Virus record (IMG/VR): IMGVR_UViG_3300046061_000043
Span: 1 to 42,082 of that record
Length of the DNA stretch: 42,082 nt
Origin: a virus
Taxonomy: Duplodnaviria > Caudoviricetes
Direction: 5' to 3' (one strand)
A model generated the notes under the pieces. The model was not told where the DNA came from. It did not search any database and was given only the letters and a program-made list of their open reading frames with translations. The translations under genes were made by a program, and so were the position numbers. Below, piece after piece: positions 36,248 to 42,082 of this stretch; position 1 is the stretch's first letter; the number at the start of each line of letters is the position of its first letter.

Positions 36248-37591
36248 TTATTGCTCGGATGGACGCCGCTCGACAAACGTCAGCACCTGCTCGACCAGCC
36301 AGGCGCGGCGCGTCCGCTCCAGCTTCCAGCCGTCGGTCTTCTCCTCGACGGACCGGTTGGGATGGACGTAGTAGGAGACGCCGCCGACCTCGACGTCGAG
36401 GCCCGGCTGCTCGTCGCTCTGGCGAACGGCAATGACCGCGTTGGGAAAGACGTCTCGGACGTCGTCGGCCAGCTCCTCATGCGGGGCGTGGGGCAGGTCC
36501 TCGCCCTCCTTGATCGACTCGTCTTCGGCAACCAGCTCGGCCCGATGGTCCCAGAGCTTTTCTTCGATCGACGCCGCCTTCTGGCGCTGCATGTGGTCGG
36601 CCGCCTCTGTCGCCGGCCGCACCAACAGCTCTGGGAAAACGCAGAAGTCCATGCCGCGGTAATGCACGTACAGGTGCGCCCCCTGGCCGGTCGTGGCCAC
36701 CTTGGTGGAGACGTGTCCGATCTGGTCCTCATCAAGAGCCTCACGCACGAGAACCTCGAGGGCCGAAGAAGAAAGCGGCAGCTCCCCGGTGGTGTCCTCC
36801 CCCACCCTCTCGCCGGCGTCGCGGGCCGGCGGGTTGGCCTTCTGCTCATCCTCGTGCCACCCGCCCCATGAGCCGCCGGCGTCCAGCCCGAGCGGGGACC
36901 ACTGCTCCTCCCCGAGCTCCAGCTCGGTCAAAACGTCGGTGAGCAACGCGTCGGTGTCGTCGGCTGTTTGCTCGACGTCCTCGATGGCCTGGCGCAACTG
37001 CTGGTGCGTCTTGGCATGAGCGACTAGCCGCTCGAGCGCCTTTTCGGCGTCGGCCTTCGCCGTTTCGGTCGCGTCGCGCAGGTCGTTCATGTACGTGTCC
37101 TGAACGTCCTGGCCCTTCTCGACATCATCGAAGCGCGAGTGTAGAGACTTGAGTCGCGACCACACCTCGTTGATGTTGCCCTGGAGCCCGTCGATGCGGT
37201 CGGCCAGCGTTTCGTCGCGGTCGCGCAGCCCCAGCAGATCCTGGGCGGCGTAGCCCAGCCGGTCGTCCACCTCGCCTAGCCTAACGCCGAGGTCGTCGAT
37301 CCAGTCGTACGCTTGGTTTTGCTTCTCGTCCATACGCTCGACGCGGTCGTCCACTCTGCTTATCCGGTTCCTGAGGTCGTCGATCATCTCATCGTAACGG
37401 CCGAATAGTCCCGAAAGGGCGTCGTGGTCGGTCTCTTTGGTCTCAACCCCCTCGCTGATCTGGTCGACACGGCCATCCACGTCGTCGATCACATCGGCCA
37501 GCACTTCTAGGGCCCGCCTGTAATCGGGGCCTGTGGAGCCGGGGTGACCTTTGCGGAAGACGTCGTGGAGTCGGTCTTTTGCGGAGTCCAT
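36248..37591 (-). CDS. Coiled-coil hypothetical protein
   Basis: Long acidic heptad region followed by two similar small alpha/beta modules. Confidence 0.75.
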   Translation of the reverse strand: MDSAKDRLHDVFRKGHPGSTGPDYRRALEVLADVIDDVDGRVDQISEGVETKETDHDALSGLFGRYDEMIDDLRNRISRVDDRVERMDEKQNQAYDWIDDLGVRLGEVDDRLGYAAQDLLGLRDRDETLADRIDGLQGNINEVWSRLKSLHSRFDDVEKGQDVQDTYMNDLRDATETAKADAEKALERLVAHAKTHQQLRQAIEDVEQTADDTDALLTDVLTELELGEEQWSPLGLDAGGSWGGWHEDEQKANPPARDAGERVGEDTTGELPLSSSALEVLVREALDEDQIGHVSTKVATTGQGAHLYVHYRGMDFCVFPELLVRPATEAADHMQRQKAASIEEKLWDHRAELVAEDESIKEGEDLPHAPHEELADDVRDVFPNAVIAVRQSDEQPGLDVEVGGVSYYVHPNRSVEEKTDGWKLERTRRAWLVEQVLTFVERRPSEQ

Positions 37592-37630
37592 GGCTTACTG
37601 TGTAGGGAAAAGAGTTTGGAAGAGAGTGTG

Positions 37631-38170
37631 CTACGGAAGGAATCCATGCGCCACTAGCATCATCAGCGCGTCGCGGGTGTGCTCGTTGGAGGGGCCATTC
37701 CACTCGCCGATGAGTCCCTCCAGGCTCTCGTGGTCCCACTTCTTCGAGGTCGAGGGCTCGTGCTCCACGACGTCGTAGCCCAGCTTTCGAAGTCCCGCCA
37801 CGAGGAGCTCGGCTTCCCGTTGCACGCCCCCGGCATTCTGGGCGATCTTGAGCTGAGCGCTCAGGCGCTTTTGGCCGGCGATGAGGCGCTGGTGCGTGAC
37901 GCCCGTCTTGTACGGGGCCTCGACGACGTAGAGCGTACCGTCGGTATTTGTGCCGTTTCTTGATCGCCGATACACATCCCAGAAGTTGACCGTGAAGGTC
38001 TTTGTGTGGTCGCCCCACGTGACGGCCACACCGGTATCGACTCCGGGATCGACGGCCACAACCTTCTGGTAGTTTTCTCCGAGCTCAACCGTCGCCTGGT
38101 CGGCCGTGGGGCCACCGTACTTTTCTCGAAACTCGGAGGCACTCATTGTCTCGTTAGCAGAGTCAGGCAT
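37631..38170 (-). CDS. RuvC-like Holliday junction resolvase
   Basis: VVAVDPGVDTGVAV, YVVEAP and NEHTRDA RNase H-fold motifs. Confidence 0.75.
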   Translation of the reverse strand: MPDSANETMSASEFREKYGGPTADQATVELGENYQKVVAVDPGVDTGVAVTWGDHTKTFTVNFWDVYRRSRNGTNTDGTLYVVEAPYKTGVTHQRLIAGQKRLSAQLKIAQNAGGVQREAELLVAGLRKLGYDVVEHEPSTSKKWDHESLEGLIGEWNGPSNEHTRDALMMLVAHGFLP

Positions 38171-38172
38171 AG

Positions 38173-38385
38173 CTAGTTCACCTCCGACTGCATCTTTTCG
38201 GCTGTCGCGGCGAAGAGCTTGATACCGTCCGAGCGGCGCAGATTGGTCACCCAATGCACATTGCGACGGTCCTCGGCCAGCGTGAAGGCCACCGCGAGGG
38301 CGGGCCCTTCGAGATCGTGCTCCTCGAAAACCTCTTTGATGTCGTCGGCAAGGCCGGTCAGGTCTCCTTTGTCGGATGTGGGCAT
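38173..38385 (-). CDS. Small hypothetical protein
   Basis: Start MPTSDKG, 4 nt after the upstream stop. Confidence 0.6.
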   Translation of the reverse strand: MPTSDKGDLTGLADDIKEVFEEHDLEGPALAVAFTLAEDRRNVHWVTNLRRSDGIKLFAATAEKMQSEVN

Positions 38386-38389
38386 AAGT

Positions 38390-38611
38390 TCAGTCCTCAA
38401 TGATTGGTGAAAGGTCTTGCGGGTCATAGTACTGGGCCTTCGCCCCGTCGAGGACGCCGTGGAAGTAGGCGCTCATCACAATCTGCTTCAGCGTGGTCGT
38501 GCGCCGCTTCGACTCCAGGTCGTGCTGCTGGCTCAAAAACCACTTCTCCAGCAAGTCGTCAGCAACACCTTCGACGTGCTCTCGAACGGGGGCAGGGATG
38601 TCCTCAGGCAT
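38390..38611 (-). CDS. Small hypothetical protein
   Basis: 73 aa; phage-type SAYFHG helix. Confidence 0.6.
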   Translation of the reverse strand: MPEDIPAPVREHVEGVADDLLEKWFLSQQHDLESKRRTTTLKQIVMSAYFHGVLDGAKAQYYDPQDLSPIIED

Positions 38612-38623
38612 GGGTCGAAAAGA

Positions 38624-39157
38624 TCAATTCATGCGCTCGTCGGGAATGCCGTCGCCCTCGAAGAGGCTGCCTTGATCGCGAGCGCCCTCGAGGAACTTTA
38701 CGGCCTCCTCGCAGACGCGACGCACCGCAGCCCGCTCCTCCTCCATCGGAATCGCGTCAGGGGTGGCGATCGTCACCGTGGTGTCCTCGCCCGCCTCGCA
38801 CGACACCCAATAGCGCACCTCGGAAATCATACCGCCTGTCACGTGGAGCCGTAGCGTCGTAACGCGAGCGCCGTGGAGCCTCCAGTCGACGTCGCCGGTC
38901 ACCTCCTCGATGTGATCCTTCCAGTAGCGGACGAGCTTTCCCCACGCCTCGCGAAAGGCGCGGTGGGGGAGCTCCTGGAACGTGTCCTTAGCTTCCTTCG
39001 CGGTGTCGTCGGGGGCGAGGGCCGTGTACTCGAGCGTGAGCTCGGGCACATCGTCGTCGGCGTTCTTGAATTTGATCTTGTCGAAGCTGTGGTCGGAATA
39101 GTCCATTGTCGCTGGCTCATGTAGTGAGGGAAGAATGCGGGGTAAGTCCTGCGGCAT
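38624..39157 (-). CDS. Hypothetical phage protein
   Basis: Ends FLEGARDQGSLFE; start 39157 or 39106. Confidence 0.65.
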   Translation of the reverse strand: MPQDLPRILPSLHEPATMDYSDHSFDKIKFKNADDDVPELTLEYTALAPDDTAKEAKDTFQELPHRAFREAWGKLVRYWKDHIEEVTGDVDWRLHGARVTTLRLHVTGGMISEVRYWVSCEAGEDTTVTIATPDAIPMEEERAAVRRVCEEAVKFLEGARDQGSLFEGDGIPDERMN

Positions 39158-39164
39158 GGTTGAT

Positions 39165-40538
39165 TCAAAACGGAACGTCGTCCTGAAAGGGCTGGGGGTC
39201 TTCGTCGTCGTACACGCGGAGACAATCCTTTTCAAACGTGAGCTCTAGCGGCCCCTTCGGGCCCTTGTTCTTTCGCACAAAGACGCCGAGCCGCTCGGGG
39301 TCTGGGCGTTGGGCGTCGGGACGGCCCGTTTGGTCCCAGTGGGCGTGGTAGTGATGCAAGGTCGCGACCTGGGCAGGCTTTTGGGCGACGTCGTCCGACC
39401 AGCTCATGTGGTGGAGCTTCGGCTCCGGATCCGAGCGGGTCACCGGCTTGCGGTTGATCTGCGAGACGGCGAGCACGGGCACCTCCAGCGTCTTCGCCAG
39501 GTCGTGAAGCCCGCGCACGGCATTCATCGTCTTCTCCATCGCCCCGTCCCCGGCCTCTCCCATCTGCGTGAGGTAATCAACGATGATGAGCCCAACGTCG
39601 CGGCGCGACTGCTCGGTGAGCACGCGGCTCCGGATGTAGGTCGTGTCGGCGCCGGCCGTCGTGTCCACGACCATCGGGAGCCGCTGAAGGAGGTCTGCCG
39701 CCCTGTGAACGTCGTTCAGGTGCGGGTCGGCGAGCGGCCTCTTTTGCTCGGCATGATCCTGGATTTGCCCAATCGGGACGCCGCTCAGGGCCGACGCAAA
39801 CCGCATCTGCTTCGCACGCGGCCCGTTTTCCAGGTCGAACGACAGCACGCACTGCTCCGGGTCTCCGCCGGACCGTTTCAAGTATCGCCGAGCCACGTTG
39901 AGGCCGATCTGGTCCGCGAAAACCGTCTTCCCGTGATCCGTCCGCGCCGCGACGACGTTGAGCCGGGCGTTAATGAGTCCCTTGTACCGATCGTCGTAGC
40001 GAGGGAAGCCCGTCGCGAGGGTGAGATCGGCCGGATCGTCGCCGGAGACCAGGTCCATCACACCGGCCGCCAGATCAGGCCCGCGGTAAACGCTTGTTTC
40101 AAGGCTGGCCTGCGCCTCCAAGAGCTCGCCAGTAAGCTCCGAGACCTCACCGACAGCCTCCCGGGGCGGATGGCCGTTTTGCACCACAGAGACGATGTCC
40201 TCAGCCGGCCCCAACGCCTCTCGGAGCAGGGCAGCAGCCCGGACGTCGCGGACATGCGTCTGGAAACTGTCGCCATCGCCGGCATGCCCGATAAACCCGG
40301 ACCACCACTCCTGCCCTCCAAGCTCGCTCCACACGCCCTTCTGGCGCAGGAGGTGGCGGATCGACTCTCCTGTGACAGGCTCACTGCGGTCGTGAAGGGT
40401 CTCCGCGATGGAAACGACCGCATACGGGCCGCTCTCGGCAAAATCCTCCGCGGACACGCCGGCCGTATGCAGCGGGGCAAGCGCGCCGCTCCGGGCCACG
40501 TGAGCGGCACAGTACGTCTCTGACTCAGGGACGCGCAT
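39165..40538 (-). CDS. dnaB: Replicative DnaB-like helicase
   Basis: TGF, Walker A AARTDHGKT, FDLE, IVDYL, SQINR, KNKGPKG. Confidence 0.92.
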   Translation of the reverse strand: MRVPESETYCAAHVARSGALAPLHTAGVSAEDFAESGPYAVVSIAETLHDRSEPVTGESIRHLLRQKGVWSELGGQEWWSGFIGHAGDGDSFQTHVRDVRAAALLREALGPAEDIVSVVQNGHPPREAVGEVSELTGELLEAQASLETSVYRGPDLAAGVMDLVSGDDPADLTLATGFPRYDDRYKGLINARLNVVAARTDHGKTVFADQIGLNVARRYLKRSGGDPEQCVLSFDLENGPRAKQMRFASALSGVPIGQIQDHAEQKRPLADPHLNDVHRAADLLQRLPMVVDTTAGADTTYIRSRVLTEQSRRDVGLIIVDYLTQMGEAGDGAMEKTMNAVRGLHDLAKTLEVPVLAVSQINRKPVTRSDPEPKLHHMSWSDDVAQKPAQVATLHHYHAHWDQTGRPDAQRPDPERLGVFVRKNKGPKGPLELTFEKDCLRVYDDEDPQPFQDDVPF

Positions 40539-40541
40539 CGG

Positions 40542-41285
40542 CTACCACACGACGGTTGAGCGGCTGGGATCATCGAAAATGGGGGTGGGACCGCCAGGCG
40601 GCGAGCCGGACCGGCCGTCGCCACTGCGGGGGTAAAGGTCCTCCGGTGAGTCGGTTTGCCGGTACTTATCCAGCATCCGGCCGATGGACTTGGCACTGTA
40701 CCCGTTGAGGCGCCACCACTTCAGCACCTCCCGCCACACGTCAAGGTCGTCGACCCGTGCCTGCACTTCCTCCTTCTGGCGGGCGTTGGGCCGGTAGTCT
40801 GGAAATTCTTCGTGGTAGGCGTCAAGCGGGGTCTTCCCCTCGCGCGCGCCCGCGGTGGTGTTATCTACTTCTTTTCTCTCTACTTCGTCCTCATCTCGTG
40901 AAGGGTCCCCCTTCATGTCATGAGGGGTCCCCTCCTCATCTCGTGAAGGGTCCCCCTCGACAGAATCCTCCTCGACGGGGCACCCCAGGAGGTAGAAAAT
41001 GTGGGACGTCTGGCGACCGCTTTCTTCCTGCCGCTGGACGTAGCCGATCCAGCCGAGATCTCTGAGCGCCCGTATGCTGTCACGGACCTTGTTCGGCGAA
41101 CAATCGACCATGTCCGCCACGGACTGAATGGAGGGATAAGCTGTGCTGGAGTCATCGGCGAAAGATGCAAGTGCGGTATACACCGCAATCCCGTACACGC
41201 CAAGCTCATCTCCATGCTCGCGGACGAGCTCTCGGCGCATCCAGAGCCAGTTGCTGTTGCGGGTGTCTCGGACATCAAATTTCAT
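40542..41285 (-). CDS. Replication initiator (HTH_36-like N-terminus)
   Basis: AYPSIQSVADMVDCSPNKVRDSIRALRDLGWI winged HTH; internal iterons; ATGA overlap at 41282-41285. Confidence 0.8.
   Translation of the reverse strand: MKFDVRDTRNSNWLWMRRELVREHGDELGVYGIAVYTALASFADDSSTAYPSIQSVADMVDCSPNKVRDSIRALRDLGWIGYVQRQEESGRQTSHIFYLLGCPVEEDSVEGDPSRDEEGTPHDMKGDPSRDEDEVERKEVDNTTAGAREGKTPLDAYHEEFPDYRPNARQKEEVQARVDDLDVWREVLKWWRLNGYSAKSIGRMLDKYRQTDSPEDLYPRSGDGRSGSPPGGPTPIFDDPSRSTVVW
40888..40957. repeat. Iterons of the probable replication origin
   Basis: TCCTCATCTCGTGAAGGGTCCCCCT at 40888 and 40933 with a variant copy between; adjacent AT/pyrimidine tract at 40861-40886. Confidence 0.7.
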
Positions 41286-41746
41286 CGGTCTAGAGCTCTT
41301 TGAATGAGTATTTTGCGTTTGGACTTCTTCACTTCCGTTGTCGTCTCGCTGTTGTGCTGGGTCTGGCAGCACAGGCGAAAAAGCATCCGTTCGTACGGGC
41401 TCATTTTCGCCTTCGCGTGCTCAATCCGGCGCAAGCGGGCGTTGGTGTTGGCCCGGCGGCGCTTCCACTTCTGACGGCGCCTCTGGACTTCTGACAGGAC
41501 CTCAGACCGATCATTGCCAGGCGGTCCCTCTCCCTCACAAATGTCGGTGAAGTCCAGTCCGAGCGCCGCGACGACCTCTCTCGGCGTGCAGCCGGCCCAG
41601 CAGTGCAGAACAACCGGCTGCTCCTCGCCCTCTGTGACCGACAGGCTCGGGTCGTGGTCGTCGTGTGCGGGGCAAAGAGCCATCCAGCCGTCGGACACCT
41701 CCCTGACTCCCTCCAGCCGAGAAAGAACCTCCTGAATCTCATCCAT
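41282..41746 (-). CDS. CHC2 zinc-finger (primase N-terminal-like) protein
   Basis: CPAHDD-PSLSV...HCWAGC; no TOPRIM domain follows. Confidence 0.75.
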   Translation of the reverse strand: MDEIQEVLSRLEGVREVSDGWMALCPAHDDHDPSLSVTEGEEQPVVLHCWAGCTPREVVAALGLDFTDICEGEGPPGNDRSEVLSEVQRRRQKWKRRRANTNARLRRIEHAKAKMSPYERMLFRLCCQTQHNSETTTEVKKSKRKILIQRALDR

Positions 41747-41762
41747 CGGTAAAAAGCAGGTC

Positions 41763-42080
41763 TCAGAACGGCAGCTGATCATCCGGCTCATAGCTCTCAT
41801 TCTCGCGCAGGACCTCCTCGTCGAGCATCATGTTGGCGACGGTCTGGACCTGGCCGACGGCCACTTGCCCCAGGCTCTGCAGCTGCAGCGCGTCCAGGAC
41901 TCGGGCCATGTAGCCGTGGTCGCGGCCACAGTACTCGGCGAGGCCCTTGAGTTTTTCGTCCAGCATGGTGCCGTTGACCTGACATCCAAAGGCAAGCGTG
42001 TCTTCCGGGTGCTTCTGGGCCTCGGCGACGAGGGCATCGGCGGCCTGCTCTTTCGTCGGGGCTGACTGGCTAGATTGGTC
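41763..42080 (-). CDS. 3' end of a gene truncated by the window edge, with an SSB-like acidic tail
   Basis: Frame is open from the window edge (DQSSQSAPTKEQ...) to YEPDDQLPF*. Confidence 0.6.
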   Translation of the reverse strand, partial: DQSSQSAPTKEQAADALVAEAQKHPEDTLAFGCQVNGTMLDEKLKGLAEYCGRDHGYMARVLDALQLQSLGQVAVGQVQTVANMMLDEEVLRENESYEPDDQLPF

Positions 42081-42082
42081 AT

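Larger units (their letters stand above)
1..42082. mobile_element. Temperate podovirus-like prophage (partial; continues beyond the right edge)
   Basis: Terminase, portal, capsid, tailspike, lysis and DnaB/initiator genes; tRNA 3'-half fragment at the left edge; no tape measure or sheath gene seen; no host housekeeping genes seen. Confidence 0.9.

Noticed and set aside
40888-40957. Repeats as a mini-CRISPR or DGR template/variable pair
   Set aside because: Contiguous with no spacers, inside the initiator gene, and no reverse transcriptase in the window; iterons explain them

Overview
The window looks like most of a temperate, podovirus-type (short-tailed) prophage. GC content is high and most proteins are very acidic, which suggests a salt-in halophilic host, possibly Salinibacter/Rhodothermaeota-like (inference). 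Bases 1-41 are the 3' half of a tRNA-Gly(GCC) on the minus strand, the likely att core at the prophage end; no integrase is visible in the window. The minus strand from 31171 to 138 is one long late region. In transcription order it encodes three predicted ejection proteins (including a 3235-aa polyvalent protein with JAB, zincin and LPD38-like modules), TerS, TerL, portal, scaffold, major capsid protein, two adaptor proteins, a tail protein, a beta-helix tailspike, a lipoprotein, an M15 endolysin and a holin. A divergent plus-strand accessory cassette (31450-34259) carries six small genes, the last an HTH regulator, separated by structured repeats; two of these repeats fold like minimal tRNAs. 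The minus strand from 42082 to 34298 is a replication/early region: CHC2 zinc-finger protein, HTH initiator with internal iterons, DnaB, RuvC-like resolvase, hypothetical proteins and a basic beta-barrel-like protein. All calls come from reading motifs by eye; no searches were run. The most interesting candidates are the tRNA-like intergenic modules, a membrane-type leader shared by the capsid protein and the first ejection protein, and the JAB-containing giant virion protein.
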